From contig BCGN01000004.1 in assembly GCA_001599295.1 (NCBI GenBank), positions 996,138 to 1,060,137 of the forward strand: a DNA stretch of 64,000 nucleotides, in the 5' to 3' direction. Numbering within the stretch: position 1 is the stretch's first letter; each line of letters opens with the position of its first letter. The notes below the pieces were generated by a model, which saw nothing but the letters and a program-made list of their open reading frames with translations, was not told where the DNA came from and ran no database searches. A program made the position numbers and the translations under genes. The stretch is from Sporopachydermia quercuum (taxonomy: Eukaryota). Shown one piece after another: positions 1 through 10,427 of this stretch.

Positions 1-52
1 CGGTGGAAGTACCTGAAGAAACCTCCCATGGCTTCGCCCTTGGAACAGACAT
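1..52 (-). CDS. PEX13: Peroxin Pex13, N-terminal fragment (gene runs off the window start)
   Basis: Manual translation from ATG at 52: MSVPRAKPWEVSSGTST..., matching the conserved Pex13 N-terminal (P)xKPWE motif. Only 17 codons are visible. Confidence 0.7.
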   Translation of the reverse strand, partial: MSVPRAKPWEVSSGTST

Positions 53-491
53 TCCTACTATGATATTCTATCGTTATTGGTTTTTTACTACTTAATCTCC
101 ACCAAACTGATCTTATATTGATCTTAAGCTGAACCAACTAGAGCCACGCACCTTCTACTACCTAATTCTTTCGTCCGTATCTATTGAAAATTGTATTCTT
201 CTCTACCAAGAATAAGCAATATAACAAGTCTAACTCTCTCCGTTTAATTTTTTTTTCCCGAATATGTCCAATCCAAACAATCAGGTTCGCGTCACTATGT
301 TTATACAAATAAGTGGCTCTCTTTTGTCATAAGAATCAAAATCGGTCTATCGCTAATCTTCGCATTCTGTCCGATACAAATGTAAAATAAGAGTTATCAC
401 AAATCATACAACAAAACCAACTAAACAATCTCTTGGTAAAAAGTTACCCCACTTGGTTTGGTGTGATTTTTGTTTGATGGGACTTTTACCG

Positions 492-497
492 CCGAGG
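492..497. promoter_or_regulatory. CCGAGG motif (FarA/Ctf1/Por1-type fatty-acid/peroxin element) upstream of PEX13
   Basis: Exact CCGAGG about 440 bp upstream of the putative PEX13 start. It is a single hexamer, so chance occurrence is possible. Confidence 0.35.
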
Positions 498-545
498 CGA
501 GGCATATTACACCCATACATCTGTTAGGAAAATGAGTGTGAAAAT

Positions 546-571
546 GGAAATCGGAAATCGGAAATCGGAAA
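546..571. repeat. Tandem (GGAAATC)x3.7 repeat in the PEX13/ATG16 divergent intergenic region
   Basis: ggaaatc ggaaatc ggaaatc ggaaa read directly. Confidence 0.85.
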
Positions 572-1051
572 AGAGACTCTGAGACGAGAATATGCTATTG
601 TATTACGTAATCTGATATTTACTATTCATCCATTTCTTATCGTGAGAATAAATAGGAAGTGCCATCGTGTGTGTCTTTATATTGTTGCTGCTCCTGATAA
701 GAATGACTGGTAGATTTTATATATCGGAAATGAGTAGTTTGATTGTTTATTTATTTGATATATAAGTGGCTGATAGTTATTAAAATTAGTAGAGGCGATT
801 CACTGAATTTCAAAGGAACCTTTTGGGTTTTCCGATTGTATTGATGCTTGGCTATATGGGTTGTTGTTTGTTAATGGTTGCTGGCATAAGCTTGATTGAC
901 TGATTGATCAGAAGATTAATAATACTGAAAACGACATTGGATTCCTGGAATGTCTTATATATAACATGCAATGGAATTATTGGGATTGAATCTTTTTGTA
1001 TTTGTTAAGTTTATTCGTTCTATTGGTATTTCATACTTATAAATATCAGTC

Positions 1052-1662
1052 ATGAGCACCTCTTCTGACTGGAGATCCAATGTTCTCATCAGTCTTAATG
1101 AAAGAGATATAAAACAACGAAATATACAGAATTACTACGATTCGTGTAAGTGTGATGATTTTGTATTACGGTTGTATTTTTCATATCGATTGAGTTAGAC
1201 TCTAACAATGTCATGATTGAAGTCAGTTCTGTTATTGCAAGGATCTATGAAACAGAGCAGGTTTTCAAGTCATTTGACGGCTCGAAATCGCTAGATAAAA
1301 ATGCTATACTAGATAGAGCAAACTCTTTAGAATTGAGTACAGTGAAGAAAAATATACAGTTGCTGGAAAACAAGTATGAGAATGAGAAGAAGTTAGTAGC
1401 AGACCTCAGGGCAAAACTTGAAAGACGAAATGAAGAAATGAACGAAAAGAACCGATCGGTGACATTAATTAATGATGAGCTGCTTTTTGTCAATATTGAA
1501 AACAATATGTTGAATAAACAAATTGAAGAGCTAAGAAAGGAAAATGATGCATTGAAACAAGAGAATAAAGAATTAGTTGACAGATGGATGGCAAAAATGA
1601 AAATCGATGCGGACAAAGTAAATGAGTTGAATCAACTATTACAATCAAATAATTCGAGATAA
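1052..1662 (+). CDS. ATG16: Autophagy protein Atg16; exons 1052-1145 and 1223-1662
   Basis: Exon 1 MSTSSDWRSNVLISLNERD... has the W-x6-L-x2-RD Atg5-binding helix pattern. GTAAGT donor at 1146, CTAAC branch at ~1202, in-frame AAG acceptor at 1222. Long coiled coil ending LVDRWMAKM..DADKVN is typical of Atg16. Confidence 0.85.
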
Positions 1663-1921
1663 TCTTCAGCATAGTATCATATCAGAAATCATGACCTCCT
1701 TCTCAAAGCAAGTAGTCTATTAATTACACATAGTAAATTTAAATATATACGGAGTCAAACAAAAATGAAAAAGAAAAGAAATGGATAGAAATGGATAGAA
1801 ATGGAAGGAAAGGAGAAGACTCTCGAGTGATATTGGAGAAGGCATAATACTGGTAGGAAACCAACAGTGGTGTTTAGATAAATAATACAATGAGAAGCAA
1901 ACCGATGAATAATAAAATTTA

Positions 1922-4900
1922 TCATGGTCCAAGCCATCTTCTTGCTGATCTGAATAATCTTACCCATGGCCCAATTTCACCCCAAGCTTCACCTTCTTCC
2001 TTCGGATACCAAGAGTTAGCTTCTTTGTTTACCACTCTTTCTGGATGTGGCATCATGATTAGCACACGGCCATTAGGAGTACGGACACCAGTAATACCAT
2101 TAGGACTTCCGTTAGGATTGAAAGGATACTTTTCAGTAACCTTGCCATAGTTGTCAACATATCTTACTGACACCAAGTTTTCGGACAGAAGTTTCTTCAG
2201 TTTTTCTGGTGATGAGAATTTAGCACGACCTTCCCCATGAGCAACAGCAATTGGCAGTTTGGAACCTCTCATTCCATCCAAAAACACTGATGGAGTTTCA
2301 GCTTCATCAACAATTTCAACCATACAAACTCTAGCTTCGTATTGTTCAGAAATGTTTCGTTCAAATGATGGCCAAGTCTCACTACCAGGGATAATGCTGG
2401 TGAGTTTAGATAAAAACTGACAACCATTACAAGCTCCAAAGGCAAAAGTGTCTTCTCTTTCATTGAAAAAGTTGTAAAATTCATTATAAGCTTTCTCGTG
2501 CCATAAAACGGATTTGGCCCAACCAGATCCGGCCCCCAAAACATCACCATAAGAGAACCCACCACAAGCAGCTAAACCAATAAAATCTGTTAAAGAAACG
2601 TCTCCGCTCAAAATATCTGACATGTGGACATCAACAGCAGTGAATCCAGCTTGTTGGAATGAGTATGCCATTTCTTGTTGACCATTCACACCTTGTTCTC
2701 TCAGTATAGCAACCTTGGGTCTCTGTGTGATTGGTTGTTTTACTAGACTATCAGTTGGATTAAATGTCAATTTGTATGACAACCCAGGATCTTGATTGTC
2801 TTGAATGCTCAAAAATTCTTGATCGGCAGTCTTTGGATTATCTCTCAATTGTTGCATTTTATATGATGTTTCACCCCATGCTTGTTGCAGTTGAGCACGT
2901 GTCGAAGATATCACAACATCACCATTGAAAGAAACAGTAACAGTTTGTTCCTTGATTGAAGTAGTTAATCTTGAAACTGAACCAATTACTTTGACATGAG
3001 TTTCACCTACACCAAATCTAGCAAAGATAAGCGTGAGTTTCTCCAAGTTCTCTTCTTTCACTTGAAGTACACATCCTAATTCTTCGCTGAATAATTCAGT
3101 AATAATATCTTCTGTTGAGTTAATATCAACATCCAACCCAACTCTACCAGCAAAGGCCATTTCTAATAAAGTGACAATAAGGCCACCATCAGAAATATCG
3201 TGATAAGCCAATACAATTTCCTCATCAACAGAATGAAGGTATTGCAAAGCTAATAAAAGCCCTTTGAAAAGTTTGATGTCTCTAATAGTTGGTGCAGAAT
3301 TACCAACTTCTCCGTAGACTTGTGCAATGGCAGAACCACCTAATACTTTCTTTTGGCCCTGTTCGACCAAGTCAATATGAACTAAGACTGTTCGCTCATC
3401 ATTGGAGGATCTGGTCAGTTGAGGTGTCCAAGTCTTGTGAACATTATCAACAGGACCAAAAGCCGTGATGTTCAGTGATAAAGGAGATGTAACTTCCTTT
3501 GTATTGCCATTGGCATCATTCCATTTCATCTTCATAGACATAGAGTCCTTGCCAACGGGGATGCTGATACCAAGGGCAGGACATAAATCTAATCCAATAG
3601 CTTGAACAGCTTCATACAAAGCAGCACCTTCACCTTCATGACTAGCAGCACTCATCCAATTAGCGCTTAGTCTAACTCTCTCTAAATCGCAGATATTGGC
3701 AGCATAAAGGTTCATTAAAGATTCAGCAATTGCCATCTTAGCAGAAGCTTCGGCAGAAATTAAAGCCAAGTTAGGCTTTTCACCCATGGCCATTGCTTCA
3801 CCAGTAATAACACCTTCTCCTAAAGAGGTTCCTGTCACACCAACATCGGCTACAGGAACTTGCCATGGGCCTACCATTTGGTCACGATAGATGAGGCCAG
3901 TGACAGATCTGTCACCAATTGTGATCAAAAATGATTTAGAACCAACTCCTGGTAAATGCAATACACGATCAAGAGCCTCGGCAACTACGGTTCTAACTCT
4001 AGCTGGGTCTGCAGAAATTGTATCGTCGTCATTGGTGCCTGTTGATCCTTGTTCTGAATTATTAATATATGTAGTCAAAGATGAATCGAAAGGTTCTAAT
4101 CTTAAACGTTTAGTTGTAGCAGTTCTACTCATCTTAGGAGGTTTACCAAATAATTTAGACATTTCAATATCAATAGGTGTTGTTCCCAAGAGTCTATCAG
4201 TTAATATCAGTCTTTCTTCAGATGTGGCATGACCAACAACTGCAAAAATGGCTCTTTCTCTCTCGCAAATCTCCTTGAATGTATCAAGATCTTGGTGGGC
4301 AACTGCCATTACATATCTTTCTTGAGCTTCACAACACCAGATTTCCATTGGTGACATTCCAGGTTCAATACATGGTATGTCTCTTAGTTCGAACTTAGCA
4401 CCAAGTCCATTGTCATGAACGATTTCTGGTAAAGCATTAGACAAACCACCAGCACCAACGTCATGAATTGACTGAATAGGATTTTGGGAACCTAAGCTGA
4501 CGCACGCATCAATTACTTGTTGTGCTCTTCTCTGCATTTCAGGGTTTCCTCTTTGAACTGAAGCAAAATCTAATTCTGCGCTTCCTTCACCAGAAGAAAC
4601 AGACGATGCAGCACCACCACCCAAACCAATAAGCATGGAGGGTCCACCAAGAACAATTAAAGCAGCTCCAGGGGTTATTCTTCTATTTTTTAGTGCAAAC
4701 TGAGGTCTAATAGCACCCATACCACCAGCAAGCATAATAGGTTTATGGAACCCTCTGATTTCCGGTTTTCCTTCAGCGTTAACAACAGAAGTAGTTAAAG
4801 TACGGAAGTAACCTGCAATGCAAGGACGACCGAATTCGTTGTTGAAAGCAGCTGAACCAATAGGAGCTTCAATCATAATATCTAATGCTGATGAGATATG

Positions 4901-6118
4901 ACCTGGTTTACCAACATCTAATTCCCAAGGTTGTTTGAAGTCTGGGATTAATAAATCGGAGACAGCAAATCCTGCTAAACCAGCTTTTGATTTGGAGCCT
5001 CTTCCAACAGCACCTTCGTCTCGGATTTCACCGCCAGAACCGGTGGCAGCACCAGGGAAAGGAGAAACTGCAGTAGGATGGTTGTGAGTTTCGACTTTAG
5101 CTAAATAATGAACAATTTCCTTTTTCAGTAACCAAACTTTTGACTTTTGATCAGGTGCGTAGAAAAAAGCGTCAAATCCTTCTAATACAGCTGCGTTATC
5201 ACTATAAGCAGAAATTGTGTAGTTAGGATTGGTCTTATGTGTATTTCGAATCATTTGGAACAAACTGAAAGGTTTCTGTTCGCCATCGATCTTCCAGTCA
5301 GCATTGAAAATCTTATGACGGCAGTGTTCAGAATTCACTTGAGCAAACATAAACAGTTCAACATCTGTGGGGTTCTTATTAGCCTTTGTATATATATCTA
5401 AAAGATAATCAATTTCACCAGCATCCAAAGCCAATCCATAAGTAACATTAGCTTGCTCCAATTTCTCCTTTGCATTCTTAACTCCTAAAATTTGAATCTC
5501 ATTCAAAGGTTTAGGTGAATGTTTTTCAAATAAATCATTATAAGTAGGTGGATGTGCAAGAATGGTTTGAGTCATTCTATCAAAAATAGATTCCAATCCA
5601 ACCGATCCTGGATTTTTCAAGTAATCACTCATTGGAAATCCCTTTCTGACTTGGATCAAAACAACTAAACCCCGTTCAATCCTTTCAACAGATTCATCTA
5701 AACCGCAAACTTGGGCAATATTGGTAGCTTTAGATGACCAAGGTGAGATTGTTCCTTGTCTTGGAAATATTCTCAAAAGATACGTGTCTGGTTCAATAGT
5801 GACACTTTCAGGCTCAACGATAGCTTTGATTAATGTCTGATTGAGTGAATCACTTGAATCTACAGGTGAATCATAAATCAGCAGGGCATCTAACAATTTT
5901 CTAGCAAAATTTTCTTCGCTTGGTTCTCTTGTTAAAGGGTTTTCTTTTCCTTCTTTTGACTCTTTCAAAGCTACACAGTGAACGTATGCAGATTTGATCG
6001 AAGTAACCACAGAGGAGTTAACTGATTGATTAACTGAAGTAATCAAATTAGAAACTCTGAACGGTGACAAGGCAACAGGGCCTGGAAGCACCAACATTTG
6101 ACCGTCTGTTGTGCTCAT
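1922..6118 (-). CDS. ADE6: Phosphoribosylformylglycinamidine synthase (FGAM synthase, large PurL type)
   Basis: 1398 aa with AQVNSEHCRHKIF, KVETHNHPTA, GAATGSGGEIRDEGA, glutaminase-domain GACNGCQ and MMPHPER motifs. Confidence 0.98.
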   Translation of the reverse strand: MSTTDGQMLVLPGPVALSPFRVSNLITSVNQSVNSSVVTSIKSAYVHCVALKESKEGKENPLTREPSEENFARKLLDALLIYDSPVDSSDSLNQTLIKAIVEPESVTIEPDTYLLRIFPRQGTISPWSSKATNIAQVCGLDESVERIERGLVVLIQVRKGFPMSDYLKNPGSVGLESIFDRMTQTILAHPPTYNDLFEKHSPKPLNEIQILGVKNAKEKLEQANVTYGLALDAGEIDYLLDIYTKANKNPTDVELFMFAQVNSEHCRHKIFNADWKIDGEQKPFSLFQMIRNTHKTNPNYTISAYSDNAAVLEGFDAFFYAPDQKSKVWLLKKEIVHYLAKVETHNHPTAVSPFPGAATGSGGEIRDEGAVGRGSKSKAGLAGFAVSDLLIPDFKQPWELDVGKPGHISSALDIMIEAPIGSAAFNNEFGRPCIAGYFRTLTTSVVNAEGKPEIRGFHKPIMLAGGMGAIRPQFALKNRRITPGAALIVLGGPSMLIGLGGGAASSVSSGEGSAELDFASVQRGNPEMQRRAQQVIDACVSLGSQNPIQSIHDVGAGGLSNALPEIVHDNGLGAKFELRDIPCIEPGMSPMEIWCCEAQERYVMAVAHQDLDTFKEICERERAIFAVVGHATSEERLILTDRLLGTTPIDIEMSKLFGKPPKMSRTATTKRLRLEPFDSSLTTYINNSEQGSTGTNDDDTISADPARVRTVVAEALDRVLHLPGVGSKSFLITIGDRSVTGLIYRDQMVGPWQVPVADVGVTGTSLGEGVITGEAMAMGEKPNLALISAEASAKMAIAESLMNLYAANICDLERVRLSANWMSAASHEGEGAALYEAVQAIGLDLCPALGISIPVGKDSMSMKMKWNDANGNTKEVTSPLSLNITAFGPVDNVHKTWTPQLTRSSNDERTVLVHIDLVEQGQKKVLGGSAIAQVYGEVGNSAPTIRDIKLFKGLLLALQYLHSVDEEIVLAYHDISDGGLIVTLLEMAFAGRVGLDVDINSTEDIITELFSEELGCVLQVKEENLEKLTLIFARFGVGETHVKVIGSVSRLTTSIKEQTVTVSFNGDVVISSTRAQLQQAWGETSYKMQQLRDNPKTADQEFLSIQDNQDPGLSYKLTFNPTDSLVKQPITQRPKVAILREQGVNGQQEMAYSFQQAGFTAVDVHMSDILSGDVSLTDFIGLAACGGFSYGDVLGAGSGWAKSVLWHEKAYNEFYNFFNEREDTFAFGACNGCQFLSKLTSIIPGSETWPSFERNISEQYEARVCMVEIVDEAETPSVFLDGMRGSKLPIAVAHGEGRAKFSSPEKLKKLLSENLVSVRYVDNYGKVTEKYPFNPNGSPNGITGVRTPNGRVLIMMPHPERVVNKEANSWYPKEEGEAWGEIGPWVRLFRSARRWLGP

Positions 6119-6169
6119 TTTGAATTGATACTAATGTCACGTTGAAAGAGATATCAAATACAAGGCAAT

Positions 6170-6376
6170 CTAAAAGTACGTTAGTTTAACTGGTTTCAAG
6201 CTTTATGGCCGAGACCCTCGCTTATAGTGTTCATTTGATAGTGTGCCTTTCGCTCATTGATAGTTCTATTGACGGAACCAAATCATATGTCTAATCAGAC
6301 CTGTGCGAGATGAAACTTTTCCAAACATTCATGACGAATTGTTTTGCCGAATATCAAATAAATAATCAATACATAC
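6170..6376 (-). other. Putative 207-nt spliceosomal intron in the ADE6 5' UTR
   Basis: GTATGT donor at 6376, AACTAAC branch at 6186-6180, TTTTAG acceptor ending 6170, 51 nt before the ATG. The intervening frame contains a TGA, so this is UTR. Confidence 0.7.
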
Positions 6377-6503
6377 AGTAGAAGTAGCAATAACGAAATG
6401 CTACAAACCTCTCAAAAAGCAAAGAACTTCGCTTGATTAATTTCTTTCCAAAGAAGTTCTATTTAACTCACTTCAGTCCAGTCTGACTTTATGGAAATGA
6501 AAA

Positions 6504-6509
6504 TGACTC
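6504..6509. promoter_or_regulatory. TGACTC (Bas1/Gcn4-type site) upstream of ADE6
   Basis: ATGACTC just upstream of the putative first UTR exon. Bas1/Gcn4 control of ADE genes through TGACTC is established in yeasts. Confidence 0.5.
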
Positions 6510-8187
6510 GAGTTTTGCACAATCAACTACGAATCAATTTCGTTTCAAGCCACAACAGCTGGAATATAGCTCTGAGAGTAGAATCAACGAAAAGAAAAAC
6601 TTATTGTTTCCCGTAAAGTGTTGATAATCAATGAATTGGTATCACTTCTATCTCCAGATTCTTCGTTCTTTATTACCTCTTCACTAGTATAGCTTCACTA
6701 TAAACAATCGAGAGAGAAGGGAACAAAAAAATTGTATACAGCAAAAAAAATATGGAAATCGATCTCTTAGGGAAAATGTATGAATATGTATAATTAATGT
6801 ACTGCAAAGTTAAATTGAAATCCCTTTGAGTAAGTACATGTAAATTAGGGTTAAGGTTGGTGTGTTGGCTGANTGTCTGGAAGGAGATGTGATAAAGAGA
6901 TCTCGATATGTGCTTCTACCAGGGTTACGTGAGAGACAAAAAAGATTGGAATATGTTTGGATTGGTAGGAAAATAATTGAGTGGTGGTGTTGAATGAGGT
7001 AATTAAAGTAATATTGTTTCTTACTATTATATCCAGCTAGCCTGAACTTGTCGTTGTAGTATGAGATAAGTAGGGGAACACTATATGTGCGAAATGTATT
7101 TAGCTTAGCCAGCACCGGGGTTGAAATGTTGGGTCAGAAAAGTCTCTAGGCATCGGAATATGAAATGGTTTGGCATGATAGTGTCTGGCGAGCATATTAA
7201 TTGGTTGGATTATAAAGTGCGTAGTGAATAGAAGAATATATATGGAAAAGCGGTAGAAATAATAATGAGTATGAATGAAAGGAAGTGGGATTATTGGCTT
7301 TATTCGCAACTTTCTAGTGCTTATACTAGCAGGATTCTTGGGAAACAGCAGTCTATGATGAAGCAGGTATAAGTAAGAGATGAGGACGCAGTGTACGAAT
7401 AATATATGCGCGTAGTTGATATTAGTAAAGCTGAACTAGTAAAGCACAAGTTATTGATTTCAAACATCAATATTTGATATATTGGTTGCAGACTTACGTT
7501 TCCATCTTGTTTATGCTTCGATTAGACATAGGATGAGGGAAAACAGATTCGAGAAGCGAAGAGTAGTGTGTTATAAGGCAAGTAATTGTACTATTTTTAT
7601 ATGTACTCAATACAATAATTATTGGGATAATAGTAGATATTCCATTTGCAGATAAGAATTATAGTATATAAGTAAAAGTAGTNTACATATGCAGGCTTTT
7701 AAGAGAAAAATGAAAATGCTTGTTTTTTCATTTTCATATGTTATTGGAAGACTCCAATATTTTCTCAGCTACTGAAGTTGTGGACTACATCATGTACTGA
7801 TAATTCCTCTATCTCTTCCAAGCCCTTTTACCTCTTAGCTAAATTCAAGCAACTAAAAAACATTCACTGGAATAGCAGGGACGTTTGAAATTACCGAACA
7901 GTGTTTAGTATTAATATATTTGATTAAATAATAGTTCTTTTCAAGATCAAATACTCCCCTTCTGTCATACCCTACATATATTATAGTCTCCGTAATTTGA
8001 ATGCATATTAGTGTATAGTTTCCTTAATTCCTAGCAACAGCATATAGGAAAAATATTTCCTGTCGGAGAACGTTNCTTCTGCTATCTCTGATAACAAATA
8101 AAAACATCAGAACCAGTTCATGATAGGTGTGCCTTTTTATTGTGAGATTTAATCCATTATAATAATTGGAACAAATTAAAATCAGTC

Positions 8188-8547
8188 ATGCCTCAGGGAG
8201 CCTTAAAGGTGAAAAAGCCTCAAGCAAAGAGCAAGAAGTATGTAGAAGATGAATTGCTATTGCTGTTTGTTATGTTCATCTTATCCATTCCATTTACATT
8301 TTATTTTATTTGATTGAATCATTAACGAAATAGAAATGCCCCAAAGCGAATGGCCCCTAAAAAGATTGCGCCAAAACGAAAAGGTTTGAAAATTGAAGCG
8401 AAACTACAACAGACACACAGCTCAAAAATTACCAGATCCACAGAGAAATTGATTGCAAGTCGAGTTGGCCATTTAGAATTGATCAAAGGATCAAGAAGGG
8501 AAATTGAAAAGAAGCAAAAGGAGGAACAGCAAAAGAAGAAAAAATAA
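8188..8547 (+). CDS. Small basic DUF2462/UPF0390-family protein; exons 8188-8237 and 8334-8547
   Basis: MPQGALKVKK start, GTATGT donor at 8238, CATTAAC branch and TAG acceptor at 8333, spliced in frame. C-terminal EKLIASRVGHLELIKG motif is typical of the family. Confidence 0.8.
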
Positions 8548-8549
8548 GG

Positions 8550-8843
8550 ATGGTTTTGAAAGTGAAAAGGCTTGGGTTCGTGAAAAACCCCAAGAGTGTG
8601 TTAAACACTCCTTTTCCAGGATATGATGACCACAGAGAGAAACAGAACCATCAGAATGAAGCAGAACCAATAATTATGGAAGCGCTTTGCAAATACAAGG
8701 CTTTAGATCCCGTTGAACGTCCACGAAAGAAAGTGAAGAGAAGACGACAAGAAGATTACGAAGAAGCCGACTTCAGGTTCATCAATGATGGAGATCCTTA
8801 TGACAGTTTGAACCAAGAAGAAGATGAAGAATACATGGATTAA
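8550..8843 (+). CDS. Orphan 97-aa ORF starting 2 nt after the DUF2462 stop codon
   Basis: ATG start, protein-like composition with a basic NLS-like RPRKKVKRRR and an acidic tail. No family recognised. Confidence 0.5.
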   Translation: MVLKVKRLGFVKNPKSVLNTPFPGYDDHREKQNHQNEAEPIIMEALCKYKALDPVERPRKKVKRRRQEDYEEADFRFINDGDPYDSLNQEEDEEYMD

Positions 8844-9158
8844 GCTTTACTTAATTAATCAAACCCAATCAATTATATAATGATGTCAGAAATGTTTTTG
8901 GGCTTGGATTAGGATATAGGAGATTGTGGATACATTTGGGCAAAGACGGGAATATTATTTCCTATAGTTTGACGAATTACCCATATTTCAAATTTCACAT
9001 TGTAACCTACGATTTACTAATAGTTAACAATACGATATGGTTTTATTCCACTTCGTTTAGAATCCAATTTAATACACAATATTATGATTATATTATTCCA
9101 GTTGTACTACTTATTCATGATCATTTTAATAGCTTCTATTTTCAGGTTATATTTTTGA

Positions 9159-10427
9159 TTAATTTGTTTTTCCTTTCACAGCTGTTGCTGCACTAAGAAC
9201 GCCGGGAAGCACATCAGAATCAATTGACCACATGAACTTTATTGAAAAAGCAAACGCCAAGATCAACACTAAAGTAGTCCAGAACAACAAATTGAAAGGG
9301 GCAGAGATATCTAATTTTGAGCAATCAGCCCCTGACCAAGTGGAAGTAAGTGTTGAACCTGCTTTTGTCTTCTCAACAGTTGGTTTACATGAACATGAAA
9401 AACAGGTTTTCTGTGACCAGAGATTGACACAAGATCCGTGGGAAGAGCAGTTATTGGTTGCTTCTTCACATGCTTCCTTAGAGGTGAAACAGGCACCAGA
9501 GGAAATAAAAACAGATGGGGCTTGGTTACTATCACCAAATGAGCTTACTTTTCCAATCTGTGCAACTTCTTCTGTTTCATACACATGGTCTCTTTTTGAC
9601 TTCTTATCGCTACCATGGGGAACAGCAATTACCATAATAGGAACATCCTTATGCATTTCTATTATCTTTTTAATGGCTGAAGATACTGTATTTTTTGCTT
9701 CCTCATAGATATCCGAATTCAAGCCGTGTTTTCTTGCAACGTCCGAAAGACTATCCAATCTCAAAACAATGGTCTCATCGTAGACAGTTGTGCCTGAGGT
9801 AGATTGATCGAACAAAGCACCAAGAACAACCAAATCATCCTCCACCTTTTGATTATTGTGCTTTTTATTTCCTCTGTTTAAGAATCGATCCACAGATTCT
9901 TCTAACTCATTGATGAATGATGATCCTTTCTGAGAGATGATATAAAGACCTGAAGGTAGAGCGGAGACAGTTTGTTCCTTACTTTTACTGATCTGTTGAA
10001 TGAAAGTGTCTAATAAGTTGTTGAATGCACCAAAACTTGGAGCCTCTGAAATCATGAATGTGGGCTTGTCACTGGGAGCACTTCCCATAAACTCTTCTGG
10101 TTTATCAATTGAATCCACAAGAATTACAAGGTGTCCATCTGGCTTGGAAGCGAACAATTCTCTACTCTCATCATCCCCATGATGTATCATTTCCATCACA
10201 GTTCTATCTTGTCCTTGGTATCCTAAAACGTGATACTGAGAAACACCTAGCCTATCAGCTAGAACTAGTCTACTCTCATCCGCATGTAAAGATGGGCAAT
10301 GATTAGATTGCCATGTACGTGGATGAATGAAAACAGCTGCTGAATTACTTTTACCGCTAGATGATGTTAACTGAAATGCAGAGCAAACAACAGCGCTAGC
10401 TAGCGCTAATGTTGCAACAACCTTCAT
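9159..10427 (-). CDS. DUF3844 (Vps3844-like) type I membrane protein
   Basis: Likely start MKVVATLALASAVVC (signal peptide). Cys-rich CF.S..ACEEATNNCSSHGSC...CSC..WSGADCSK.D.S domain followed by a C-terminal TM helix and LPGVLSA tail. Confidence 0.85.
   Translation of the reverse strand: MKVVATLALASAVVCSAFQLTSSSGKSNSAAVFIHPRTWQSNHCPSLHADESRLVLADRLGVSQYHVLGYQGQDRTVMEMIHHGDDESRELFASKPDGHLVILVDSIDKPEEFMGSAPSDKPTFMISEAPSFGAFNNLLDTFIQQISKSKEQTVSALPSGLYIISQKGSSFINELEESVDRFLNRGNKKHNNQKVEDDLVVLGALFDQSTSGTTVYDETIVLRLDSLSDVARKHGLNSDIYEEAKNTVSSAIKKIIEMHKDVPIMVIAVPHGSDKKSKRDHVYETEEVAQIGKVSSFGDSNQAPSVFISSGACFTSKEACEEATNNCSSHGSCVNLWSQKTCFSCSCKPTVEKTKAGSTLTSTWSGADCSKLDISAPFNLLFWTTLVLILAFAFSIKFMWSIDSDVLPGVLSAATAVKGKTN

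Noticed and set aside
6846..6858. Telomere-like TTAGGGTTAAGG
   Set aside because: Only about two degenerate units, expected by chance.
10392..10407. Perfect 16-bp palindrome AGCGCTAGCTAGCGCT
   Set aside because: Lies within signal-peptide codons (LALASAV) of the DUF3844 gene, with no other support for a function.
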